IMG/VR virus record: IMGVR_UViG_3300033074_001537
Source of the DNA: an uncultured virus (IMG/VR IMGVR_UViG_3300033074_001537)
Taxonomy: Duplodnaviria > Heunggongvirae > Uroviricota > Caudoviricetes
Reading direction: 5' to 3' (one strand)
DNA: 20,000 nt
Part shown: positions 1-8,190 of the stretch, piece by piece
Layout of the letters: every line of letters begins with the position of its first letter
How positions within the stretch are numbered: position 1 is the first letter of the stretch
Notes under the pieces: generated by a model
Databases searched by the model: none
What the model saw: only the letters and a program-made list of their open reading frames with translations
What the model was told of the DNA's origin: nothing
Position numbers and translations under genes: made by a program

Positions 1-3000
1 TACAGCTGAACCTTGGCCATCTCGGTGATGTCCGTCGTACGGATGATCGCGCGGAAGTACGCCTTGCGTCCGCCCGTCAGGTCGTGCTCGGCGCTCTTGA
101 AAACACCGCCGCCGATCGTGATGGGGGCGTTGGTGGTATAGCCGAGGGTCTTGCTGAGCGGGATGAAGGTGTAGTCGGGGAGCCCGCCGCCACCGCCGCC
201 GCCCCAATTCTCGGAGTAGCCCGCGCGGATCAGCCACCCATTGGAGTATGGGAAGAAAACGTACGAGTCGTTCCACTCCAGGGTGATGTTCGAGCTCTTG
301 TAGTCGATCTGCTTCCCCGAGGGCCGCGCCAGGGTGAGCGGCGTCTTGTACGTCGGGCCGGTGTACTTGACCGTCAGCGGGCGGCCGTGCGTCCAACCCG
401 TCGGGTCGGGCAGCGTGACCGTGAACGTCGTCGCGCTCGGCGGAATGATGATCGCGAGCGTCGTCGAAGCCGCGATGGTCGCGGTGCCGGTGATGACTTC
501 CAGCACCTCGTCGTGCACCGACGTGTACCCGTTGACCGTGATGCCGGCGGCTGTGCGGTAGGGGATGCTCGCCGTCGCACCGATGAGGTTGTACGCGCCG
601 CCGATCTGAACCGAGCCCGTCGCGTCGCTCGTGTTGAACAGGTAGGTCGTGTTCGCGCCGCTCGAAAAAACGTGGTTCCCGAGCAGCTTCACCACCGAGC
701 TACCGGCGAGCATGAACAGGCTGTTTTCCCCCGTGAGCGATGCGGTGATCGCGTTCACACCGGGGAACAGCACGAGCTCCGAGCCACCCTCGATCTTGTA
801 CTGCCCGTTGCTGACGTAGATCGACGGATTACCCGGCGAGATGTACGTCACCCCCCCAGCGGTAGACCACATGATCGGTGGCTGCGCGGTGCCCGAATTC
901 GGGGCGTCCATCGAGTCCACCGCGAGCGACACCTGCCCGCCGACGTTGCGAATCACCGCGTCGGCGCTCGCCGTCGAAGTACGTGCACCGATGATGTCGC
1001 CCAGCAAACCTGCGGCGACCGCACCTGACTCGACGTGGATCACCGCGTCGGTGGAGCCGGCGGTGTTCGATGCGTCCACACGGTGAACCAGCATCACCGC
1101 AGCGGCTTTGTCGCCAACCGGCGCGACGTGGATCGCGCTACCGCTGACCCCAGCGTTGCGCACCGTGAGAAACGCAGCGCCGCAGTAGTCCACATCGGTC
1201 GGCCCGTACGAGCCATCCGTGGTGAACGTCGCGGTGATCTTGCTGACGATCGTTTCCTTTTCCGCACCCGGCATCCCCGACACGAACCAGCCGGGCTCCA
1301 AGTCGATCGTCTCGTTGTAGGTACCGGGGAGAATCTTGAAGTGCGCCGGGTAGTCGGCGTTGACGTGGCCCGCGGCCTGGGCGGCAGCCTTCGCGCCAGC
1401 CCAAGTGTCGAACTGAGGGCTTGCCCCGAAGGGGCCGTACCCCGCCGTGCCGACGATGTACTCGGGGATGATTCCCTTGTACCCAACGGGCAGCCAGACG
1501 AACCCGTTGAAGTATTCGTAGCGCTCGATGGTGGTGTTGAAGATGAGAAGCCAGTCGGCCGCCGCGATGGCGTTGCGCTGCGTCGTCGTCATGCGAGGGA
1601 CGAGCAGCCCCTTCGTGGTGCTGTTCATCTCCAGCATCGCGCTCGCGACGGGCGTGGTGCCGAGGCCGAGTGACGTTTCGATGCGCGCCGAGCCGGCGCC
1701 GGGGTCCGTGGTCGTGCCGACCATGAATCCCTGCACGAACCGCCCGCGCTCGACCGAATTCGTCACGAACTGAATGGGCTGCGCGCCCGTAGACTCCAAC
1801 CGCAGCTCCGCGACACCGAGCAGCTTGCGCGTGGTCGAGAGCTGAATGTCGGCGTTGAAGGTCTTTACGCCCGTGATCGTCTGCGTACCGGCGAGCTTGA
1901 CGTACAAGGCGTCGTTGCTGCCTTCGAGAATCGTCCCCGCCGTGGTGCCGAAGGTAACCCCGAGCGTGAACGACGACCCCGTACCACCACCCGTGAGCGG
2001 TGCGCTCGTATTGATCGTGATGGAGCTCGCGGGCGGGGCTACCCACGTCGGCGCCGATCCTGCGCCGTTGGTCTGTAGTAGGTACCCAGCCGTACCGGGA
2101 GCGAGCCGAACCCACGCGCTTCCGTTTCGGTACAGAAGGTCGCCGTGCGCCTCGCTCGCTACGCTGAAAGAGAGGTTGAACGACGCCCCGGTGCCGCCCC
2201 CCTGCAAGGGCGACGCGGTGTTGATGGTGACGGAGCTCGCGGCCGGCGCGGCCCACGCGGGGAGCCCGCCCACCACGGTCAGCACATGGCCCGACGACCC
2301 GATGGCGAGTCGCGCCCACGCGCCGGCCGCGCGGCGCACGATGTCACCGTCCGCTTGCCCACTGAATTGAAAACTCAGCGTGCGGTTGGCGCTCAAGTCC
2401 ACCGCCGTGTGCACCCCGGCGACGGCGATGGGCTCGGTGCCCGTGAGCGTGCGCGTCAGCGGGACGAACGCGCCGTCGAAGTCGGGGAACGCGCCGTCCC
2501 ACCACACCGCGTACGGACCGCCCCCCGACGCGACGTGCCCGACGATGCGGCGCACGGTGCCCTGCGTACCCGAGAGCGTACCAGCGTCGTCGAGGTAGAC
2601 CAGCGCACCTACGGCGGGGCTGCCCGACACCGAAAGCCCCTGCGCCAAGCCCACGGTGCGAACTTGAAAGAGAACGCCCGCGGTGATCGCCCCACCGTCC
2701 ACCGACTGCACGACGACGCCGAGTAGCCCGCGGCAGTTGGCCGCGGTCGTGGCGTTCGCGGCGCCCCACCGCGAGAGCACTTCCTGCCCCGGCAGGGTCG
2801 CCTTGATGGTCGTCGTGCTCACCACCCGCACGACTTGCCCGACCGAGAGCGACCCGTCCGCCACGCCGACGAACACGCCGGGGTCCGTCCGCGCCGCTTC
2901 GGAGAGCTGGAGCACGACGTTGGCCGCAAGCGCCCAGCCCTTCGTCGAGTTCACCTCGGAGGTTTCACTCGCGGCGGGCACACGGATGCGAGTCTTGAGC

Positions 3001-3269
3001 TGCCGGATGCCGACGATCACCTTGTTCTCCAAGGTGCCGTTGACCGTCAGCTTGACGAGGTACGAGCCCTCTTTCTTCGGCGTGAACGTAACCGACGGCG
3101 CGCTCGTCGAGCTCAGCGTGTCCGCCGTGCCAACCGGCTGATCGACGATCTCCCACAGATACGTCGTCTCGCCGCCCACGTTGTCGTTGGCGAGCGTGAC
3201 GAGCGTGTTGATGGGGAGGTCGTCGTTGGAGCCGACGACCGAGTTGACGGTGATGAGGGCTTGGGGCAT
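1..3269 (-). CDS. Large mosaic tail fibre / receptor-binding protein, 3'-partial (at least 1089 aa; absent from the ORF track because it has no stop in the window)
   Basis: Manual translation from ATG at 3269 (MPQALITVNSVVGSNDDLPINTLVTLANDNVGGETTYLWEIVDQP...) stays open to base 1 (...RTTDITEMAKVQL) with strongly GC3-biased codons. It contains a PKD/Ig-like N-terminus (TYLWEIVDQPVG...VTFTPKKEGSYLVKLTV), fibre-type motifs (GDLLYRNGSAWVRLAPGTAGYLLQTNG; YVKLAGTQTITGVKTF; SAMLEMNSTTKGLLVPRMTTTQRNAI; FTVTLPDP) and a beta-helix-cap-like KILPGTYNETIDL. It lies downstream of the baseplate genes. Confidence 0.88.
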   Translation of the reverse strand, partial: MPQALITVNSVVGSNDDLPINTLVTLANDNVGGETTYLWEIVDQPVGTADTLSSTSAPSVTFTPKKEGSYLVKLTVNGTLENKVIVGIRQLKTRIRVPAASETSEVNSTKGWALAANVVLQLSEAARTDPGVFVGVADGSLSVGQVVRVVSTTTIKATLPGQEVLSRWGAANATTAANCRGLLGVVVQSVDGGAITAGVLFQVRTVGLAQGLSVSGSPAVGALVYLDDAGTLSGTQGTVRRIVGHVASGGGPYAVWWDGAFPDFDGAFVPLTRTLTGTEPIAVAGVHTAVDLSANRTLSFQFSGQADGDIVRRAAGAWARLAIGSSGHVLTVVGGLPAWAAPAASSVTINTASPLQGGGTGASFNLSFSVASEAHGDLLYRNGSAWVRLAPGTAGYLLQTNGAGSAPTWVAPPASSITINTSAPLTGGGTGSSFTLGVTFGTTAGTILEGSNDALYVKLAGTQTITGVKTFNADIQLSTTRKLLGVAELRLESTGAQPIQFVTNSVERGRFVQGFMVGTTTDPGAGSARIETSLGLGTTPVASAMLEMNSTTKGLLVPRMTTTQRNAIAAADWLLIFNTTIERYEYFNGFVWLPVGYKGIIPEYIVGTAGYGPFGASPQFDTWAGAKAAAQAAGHVNADYPAHFKILPGTYNETIDLEPGWFVSGMPGAEKETIVSKITATFTTDGSYGPTDVDYCGAAFLTVRNAGVSGSAIHVAPVGDKAAAVMLVHRVDASNTAGSTDAVIHVESGAVAAGLLGDIIGARTSTASADAVIRNVGGQVSLAVDSMDAPNSGTAQPPIMWSTAGGVTYISPGNPSIYVSNGQYKIEGGSELVLFPGVNAITASLTGENSLFMLAGSSVVKLLGNHVFSSGANTTYLFNTSDATGSVQIGGAYNLIGATASIPYRTAAGITVNGYTSVHDEVLEVITGTATIAASTTLAIIIPPSATTFTVTLPDPTGWTHGRPLTVKYTGPTYKTPLTLARPSGKQIDYKSSNITLEWNDSYVFFPYSNGWLIRAGYSENWGGGGGGGLPDYTFIPLSKTLGYTTNAPITIGGGVFKSAEHDLTGGRKAYFRAIIRTTDITEMAKVQL
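1960..2380 (-). repeat. Diverged tandem duplication (~70-aa period) inside the fibre gene
   Basis: GDIVRRAAGAWARLAIGSSGHVLTVVGGLPAWAAPAASSVTINTASPLQGGGTGASFNL versus GDLLYRNGSAWVRLAPGTAGYLLQTNGAGSAPTWVAPPASSITINTSAPLTGGGTGSSFTL. DNA similarity is visible between 2221-2260 and 2011-2050 (210-nt offset). Boundaries are approximate. Confidence 0.85.
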
Positions 3270-3294
3270 GGCGCGGAGATTCTACTCCGCGCCA
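3269..3294 (-). promoter_or_regulatory. Perfect 10-bp hairpin covering the GGAG and the A of the fibre start codon
   Basis: Minus strand reads TGGCGCGGAG-TAGAAT-CTCCGCGCCA-TG. Arms are 3285-3294 and 3269-3278, and the loop TAGAAT also resembles a -10 hexamer. Confidence 0.6.
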
Positions 3295-3301
3295 GCGTCT
3301 C

Positions 3302-3346
3302 TCACACGCGCTCGAACTCGGGCTGGTCGGGCTTGTCGGTGCTCAT
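3302..3346 (-). CDS. Putative 14-aa mini-ORF MSTDKPDQPEFERV (leader peptide or gene remnant)
   Basis: Purine-rich SD-like AGGGGAAGG lies just upstream of ATG 3346. All sense codons end in G/C like the surrounding genes. The TGA ends 7 nt before the hairpin. Confidence 0.4.
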   Translation of the reverse strand: MSTDKPDQPEFERV

Positions 3347-3370
3347 GCACCTTCCCCTACCGCGCCGAGG

Positions 3371-4507
3371 TCAGTACGACCAGCACGCCTCGAAAAAGTA
3401 CGTCGCCGGGTCGGGTAGAACGGGGCTGGGGTCGGTAACCCCGTCGTTCTGATCGACCTGACGCAGACGAAAGCGAAACAGCGTTTGCCCCTCAGCCACG
3501 TCCATCGCAGGGGTGCTTACCGCTGGGTTCGCGTACGCCGCGACATCTCCGCTCGTAGCGACGCCGCTGTTGATAAACGTGACGATGGCCGTACGAAACT
3601 CAGACCCAGGCACGAGATAGAGAAGGTTCGCGCGAGGGGAGAAGCCAGCAACTTGCGCCCCTGCGACGACGGCGATCTCGACTTGCGATCCGGCGACCGC
3701 AACGCCTCGAGCAATCACGTCCACGCCGGGAGGCGCCTGCACGTCGGAAAGCGTCGGCAGCACCGAGCCGCCCGTCGCGGGCATCGTCACCGTACCGCTG
3801 ATGCGCCCGATGCCGCCGGGGAACAACATCTTGCGAAGGTCTTTGATCTTGTTCGCGGCAATCGAAGTCGCGAGGGCGTCTACGCGCACCTCCGCGATCT
3901 TGATGTAGCCGGCCGTCGTGCTCGGAGCTGCGGGGCTGCCGGCCGGGGTGCCGGTCTTGTAGTTGATCTTCGCTGCGCCGTTGACGGACGTGCGGCCGTC
4001 TTGCAGCCACGCGAGGGTCTTATCGACCAGCGTGGCCACGAACTGCCCCGTGCCCGTGTTGAGGATGTCGCGCGAGAGCGAATCCGTGAGATAGCGGTCG
4101 TACGCAACCTCCACGATGTCGATGCGGGGGTTGGTCGGGTCTGCCGCCGGCACGGCGATGGTCTGCGTGGCGCTCAGCACCAGCGGTTTGTACGAGCTGC
4201 GGTCGTCGAGGCCCGTGATGCTGCCGATGGCGACTGGCACATCACCCGTGTTGTCCTGAAAGCCGTACCCAGCGCGCACGGTGACGTTCATGCTCGCCGG
4301 GGACTCCGCGCGAACTTGAAAAGAATCACCGAGGAAGCCCGAAGCGGCGAGCAGGTTGCGGTTGGCCGCCGCGGTGCGGCCGGCGTAGAGGTACTTGAGC
4401 AAGTCCCGCATCGTGCGGGCGCTCTGCGACCACTGCTGGTTCTGGTCCGTCGAGAGCGGGCGCTCGCGGACGTTGAGAATCATCTGATCCCAGGCGTTGT
4501 TAGCCAT
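3371..4507 (-). CDS. Baseplate-distal / tail-fibre attachment (proximal fibre) protein, 378 aa
   Basis: Start reassigned to ATG 4507 (MANNAWDQ; GAGGAG upstream; 2 nt after the previous stop). It contains TIAVPAADPTNPRIDIVEV and GTPAGSPAAPSTTAGYIKIAEVRV, motifs typical of phage fibre N-terminal or minor tail proteins. It follows the wedge genes. Confidence 0.72.
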   Translation of the reverse strand: MANNAWDQMILNVRERPLSTDQNQQWSQSARTMRDLLKYLYAGRTAAANRNLLAASGFLGDSFQVRAESPASMNVTVRAGYGFQDNTGDVPVAIGSITGLDDRSSYKPLVLSATQTIAVPAADPTNPRIDIVEVAYDRYLTDSLSRDILNTGTGQFVATLVDKTLAWLQDGRTSVNGAAKINYKTGTPAGSPAAPSTTAGYIKIAEVRVDALATSIAANKIKDLRKMLFPGGIGRISGTVTMPATGGSVLPTLSDVQAPPGVDVIARGVAVAGSQVEIAVVAGAQVAGFSPRANLLYLVPGSEFRTAIVTFINSGVATSGDVAAYANPAVSTPAMDVAEGQTLFRFRLRQVDQNDGVTDPSPVLPDPATYFFEACWSY

Positions 4508-4509
4508 CG

Positions 4510-6132
4510 CTACTCTCCTCGGAGTTCCAACACCGACGCGACGCCAGCCGCGCGGATCGCCGCAAGGTTGTCGAACAGCGTCTTGTAAAACCGCTGCTTC
4601 GGCAGGTCGAAGCCGTCGTAGCCGCCCTGCACACCGAGGCTGAACGTCCCCGGTACGTCGAACGCAGCATACCCGCGCCGGCCGACCACTTCCCCTTGCG
4701 TGTACGAGTGCCCCGCGACGTTGGTGGCGGTGTCGTCGTACGCCATGCCCACATCTTCGAGGTGGGCAAGGTTCGGCACACCGATGATGAACGCGGCTCG
4801 GTACTCCACGTCGTCGAGCCACCGATTACGGATCGGTGTCGTCGGGTCAGGCCAGTCGTAGCAGAAGATCGACTCGTACGGCGAGAGCCACGCGGGCAAC
4901 GCCCCGCCGTAGTAGGTCGGCGTACCCGATTGGTCCGAGGGGTAGTCGTAACAAGTCTGGTAGTCGAGCTCGAACGTCTCGATGAAGTCGTACGTCAGCC
5001 CGTACAGGTCGAAGATCGTCTCCAAGAACCGCTGGATCGCGTCCGGCGAGATCGTGTCAGGCAGCGTGCGGACGCGGTAGCGGTACTGGTTGTCGGGCTC
5101 GTTGCGCGCGCGAACAATTCCGCGGTCGAACCCCACGGCGTCGAGCATCGCGGACTTGCCGTTCGTAAACGGCAGGATGTTCGTGACGGTGATCGTGTTG
5201 TCGATGAACGTGCGCGCGCCCGACGTGTCGAGCTGCACCATCTTCTCGACGGTGTCTACGTCGCCTTCGAGCGTGATTGCGGAGACAGGGGTGATGACCC
5301 GGCCGGCAGCGTTGTACTGGTAGCTCTTGTGGAGCGACCGAGCGCTCGCCGCGATGGGGCCAAGGTCAGACGCGCCGAACACAGCATCCGTCGTCGTGAC
5401 GAAGCGTCGGCCCGACTTGCTGCACCGAAGAAGTGTTCCGGCACCGACGGTGACGGCGCCGGCCGTGTCCGTGGGGCGCTGAAACTCCACAGTGCCCGTC
5501 GCGTACGCCCCGCTGTCGGCGTACATGGCGAGGTTGCCGCACTCGTAGCGCTCCACGGCCAGAGAGACGCGTTCAGCAACCGCGGCAATGGCACGGAACA
5601 CTTCGTAGCCGCTGTCCGAGTACAGCTTGAGCGGGTCGAGGTACCAACCCGGCAGCACGTTGTCGAACATGCGCAGGTAGTACGCGGCGTCGTGCACCAC
5701 ACCGTCGCACTCCGTTGGGCCGGGGCCCGCGGTGGGCGAGAACGTGGGCACCACCGTCGGCTCGGGGGCTGCCGCGGGGGCTTCGAGGGAGTACACCGCG
5801 GAGTCGTCGGCCGTCTCACCCCCTGTACCGACAGCGAAGGTGTGCAGGGTGGGGCCGTCGGGCCAGATGGGCGCCCGTCGAAGCGTGTACCCGTAGCCGT
5901 TGCCGTAGGTACCGTGAACCACCGCGACCCGCGACGACAGCGTGCGGTACGCCTCCGTGAACGCGGCCCCATCCCAGGCAATCTCCGTCAGGAGCATTCC
6001 TGGGAACTCCACCGAGAGGATGTCTCGCGCGATGGGCGTACCGTTCTCGTACACCTCGACGTAGATACCGTCGTCGGTGGCGATCTCGGAGCCCGACGTG
6101 GGGCTGTTCGCGGTGATGACGGGGGGTGCCAT
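4510..6132 (-). CDS. Second baseplate wedge protein (P2 gpI / T4 gp7 position) with a baseplate-J-like domain, 540 aa
   Basis: Start reassigned to ATG 6132 (MAPPVITANS), 1 nt after the J stop. It has the wedge motif MLDAVGFDRGIVRARNEPDNQYRYRV and a J-like segment ATGTVEFQRPTDTAGAVTVGAGTLL...RFVTTTDAVF. Confidence 0.75.
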   Translation of the reverse strand: MAPPVITANSPTSGSEIATDDGIYVEVYENGTPIARDILSVEFPGMLLTEIAWDGAAFTEAYRTLSSRVAVVHGTYGNGYGYTLRRAPIWPDGPTLHTFAVGTGGETADDSAVYSLEAPAAAPEPTVVPTFSPTAGPGPTECDGVVHDAAYYLRMFDNVLPGWYLDPLKLYSDSGYEVFRAIAAVAERVSLAVERYECGNLAMYADSGAYATGTVEFQRPTDTAGAVTVGAGTLLRCSKSGRRFVTTTDAVFGASDLGPIAASARSLHKSYQYNAAGRVITPVSAITLEGDVDTVEKMVQLDTSGARTFIDNTITVTNILPFTNGKSAMLDAVGFDRGIVRARNEPDNQYRYRVRTLPDTISPDAIQRFLETIFDLYGLTYDFIETFELDYQTCYDYPSDQSGTPTYYGGALPAWLSPYESIFCYDWPDPTTPIRNRWLDDVEYRAAFIIGVPNLAHLEDVGMAYDDTATNVAGHSYTQGEVVGRRGYAAFDVPGTFSLGVQGGYDGFDLPKQRFYKTLFDNLAAIRAAGVASVLELRGE

Positions 6133-6133
6133 G

Positions 6134-7342
6134 TCAGTAAGCCGGCGCGTCGGGGTTGTTACTACCCTGGAGCGTGCGGTCGGGCTGCACGCTCGTGGCG
6201 ACCACCACAGCAACGGAGCTGCGGAGCACTTGCAGCGGGGCCACGTTCACGTCACCCGCGGGTGAAAGAATCTCTTGCCCCGTCACGTCGAGCCCGTTCA
6301 CCGCGCGCAGGCGTTGGATCAAGTTCGCGATGGTCAGGTCTTGCCCCGGAGCCAGCGAGTTGATGTACGCGGCCACGGCCCCGCGGGCGTTCATGGCCAC
6401 GGTGTCGGCGTCGCTGCCGGCGTAGAAGCGCAGACCCAGGGTCACCGCCTGCATGACGACCGACGCGACTTGCACTTGCACGAAGATGCCGGCGGCCCTC
6501 GTGTCAGACAGCGCGTTGAAGACTTGGTTGGCGAGCGTCTGGCTTTGCGCTTGGTAGGACGCCGGGGTGGGGTCCAAGTCCATCAGCGCTTCGGTGAACG
6601 CATCCGTGACGATCAAGTTCACGAAGCGCGCCGGGCGGCCGAGCTGATCCTGCCCCTCGAAGGCAGTCGCGGTGCGGACACCCGCGACGCCGCGAGCGGC
6701 GAACTCGATGGCGGGGAGCGTCCCGCGGCGGGCCGTCGTGAAGAACAGCCGCGCGCGTGCTCGGAGCTGATCGTCCGTCTCTTCGTCGTCGGCGCCCGTC
6801 GTAGCGACGGTGTTCGTGACCACGAGGTCCGTAGGAGCGCCGACGATGGGTGTCACGATCGACGTGATCGTGCCGATGCGGGCTTGGTTCTCCAGGCCGG
6901 GGAACACCGATCGCACTTCGACCGCGACGGGCCCCGTGCTGCCGGCGTTAAACGTCGCGTCCACCCAGGTGATGAACTCCTTACCGTCCGAGGTTTGGAG
7001 CTTCACACCCTTGGGAATCGAGAAGGTGCCGGGCGACGGCGCGGTGGTGCTGAACAACACCGTACCGAGCGCCTGAGACGCGGGTTTTCGCGTCATGCCG
7101 CTGCACCGATCGAAGACGAGCCGGTCGAGGTCTTTCTTCTTCGCCGCAGAGAGCAGCAACGACCCCTGCGCCCGCACGAGCTGGGCGCTCAGGTCGTCAC
7201 CCACCGCGGCGATGGCCGCAACGATGGAGTTGGTGTCCGTACCCTCCCGCTCGATGATCTCGCGCGTCAGCTTCGAGTTGCGAGAAAGCATCGCATCGCG
7301 GGCGATGCGGAAGTAGTCCTCGAAGGTGGGTGCGTCAGCCAT
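6134..7342 (-). CDS. Baseplate J / Mu gp47 / T4 gp6-like wedge protein, 402 aa
   Basis: Family hallmarks: DLDRL...GMTRKPASQALGTVLF, IPKGVKLQT, VTNTVATTGADDEETDDQLRAR, RGTLPAIE, GVAGVRTA, YINSLAPGQDL. Confidence 0.93.
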   Translation of the reverse strand: MADAPTFEDYFRIARDAMLSRNSKLTREIIEREGTDTNSIVAAIAAVGDDLSAQLVRAQGSLLLSAAKKKDLDRLVFDRCSGMTRKPASQALGTVLFSTTAPSPGTFSIPKGVKLQTSDGKEFITWVDATFNAGSTGPVAVEVRSVFPGLENQARIGTITSIVTPIVGAPTDLVVTNTVATTGADDEETDDQLRARARLFFTTARRGTLPAIEFAARGVAGVRTATAFEGQDQLGRPARFVNLIVTDAFTEALMDLDPTPASYQAQSQTLANQVFNALSDTRAAGIFVQVQVASVVMQAVTLGLRFYAGSDADTVAMNARGAVAAYINSLAPGQDLTIANLIQRLRAVNGLDVTGQEILSPAGDVNVAPLQVLRSSVAVVVATSVQPDRTLQGSNNPDAPAY

Positions 7343-7350
7343 GTTCGCCT

Positions 7351-8190
7351 CTACAGGGAGACAACCGCGTCAGGGATGCGCGAGCGTACTTGAATCTGGT
7401 TGCCCGTGCTGATGCGGCGGGCAGAGACGGTGACGTACACGATGCCGTCAGGGTCGATGTCCACACGAGCGGAAACCGTGTCCACGTCGGGCTCCTGGCG
7501 AATCTGCCGCTCGATCTCCGACACGAGCGCCGGCACGTCGGACAGCGGCGTGGGCTCCTGCACGCGAAATCCGACGCCGAAACGATCGCTGGGGATGTGC
7601 GCGTACTCGCCGGGCCGCGCGATGAGTCGCCGCACGATCATCTTGTAAAGCAGCGCGTCGCCCTGGTCGTTCGCATAGTCGCCGCCGGCCTGCACCGACA
7701 AGATGCCCGACACGTCGTCGGGCGCCGCTTGGCGGTTCTGAATGTCGAGGAAGTTGACCCGGTTGACCTGGGCAGCCTTCGCAGGAACCTGCGCCGCGGC
7801 GCAGGTTGCCGTGGTGGGGGCGATCATCGCAGCGCCGGCCGCCGAGACGATGTTCGGGCACGCCACTTGGAGCGTCTTGAACACGTCGGGAAACTTCTCC
7901 AGGCAGTAGAGCTCGAACTGCCGAGCCCCGCTGCCCTCGACTTCGCGAACCGCGACGAGACGAAGGTTCTGCGTCGAACCCACCACGCTGATCGACCAGT
8001 TGCTCAGGTTCAGCGCAGCACCCGTACGGAACGCCGTACCGACGCGCGCCGGCTCCGTGAAGGTGACGCGCACGGTGCGCTCGCTGTTGGCGAACACATC
8101 CTCGATGGAGAAAACCCCCGTGGTGGGCTCGATACCCCACGGCCCTACGCCCCAGTAGTCGGTGCCGTAGCCAGAACCGTTGCTGGGCAT
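7351..8190 (-). CDS. Baseplate wedge / sheath initiator (gp25 / gpW / Mu gp46-like C-terminal domain) with an N-terminal beta-rich extension, 279 aa
   Basis: C-terminus LYKMIVRRLIARPGEYAHIPSDRFGVG...EIERQIRQEPDVDTVSARV fits the gp25-like pattern. It lies between spike and J. ATG 8190 overlaps the spike stop (TGATG) with GGAGG upstream. Confidence 0.78.
   Translation of the reverse strand: MPSNGSGYGTDYWGVGPWGIEPTTGVFSIEDVFANSERTVRVTFTEPARVGTAFRTGAALNLSNWSISVVGSTQNLRLVAVREVEGSGARQFELYCLEKFPDVFKTLQVACPNIVSAAGAAMIAPTTATCAAAQVPAKAAQVNRVNFLDIQNRQAAPDDVSGILSVQAGGDYANDQGDALLYKMIVRRLIARPGEYAHIPSDRFGVGFRVQEPTPLSDVPALVSEIERQIRQEPDVDTVSARVDIDPDGIVYVTVSARRISTGNQIQVRSRIPDAVVSL

Noticed and set aside
1138..2319. 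393-aa minus-strand ORF (and 2344-2769, 1094-1486) listed in the fibre region
   Set aside because: Out-of-frame Arg-rich ORFs. The real frame is the continuous ORF starting at 3269.
1960..2380. Fibre repeats as a DGR template/variable pair or invertible segment
   Set aside because: The copies are in-frame, diverged at all base types rather than adenine-specific, and no reverse transcriptase or invertase is in the window.
4508..4822. Extended N-termini given by the ORF track (4822, 6213, 17900, 18393)
   Set aside because: They overlap upstream genes extensively. Downstream starts at 4507, 6132, 17840 and 18327 abut the previous stops, and some have an RBS.
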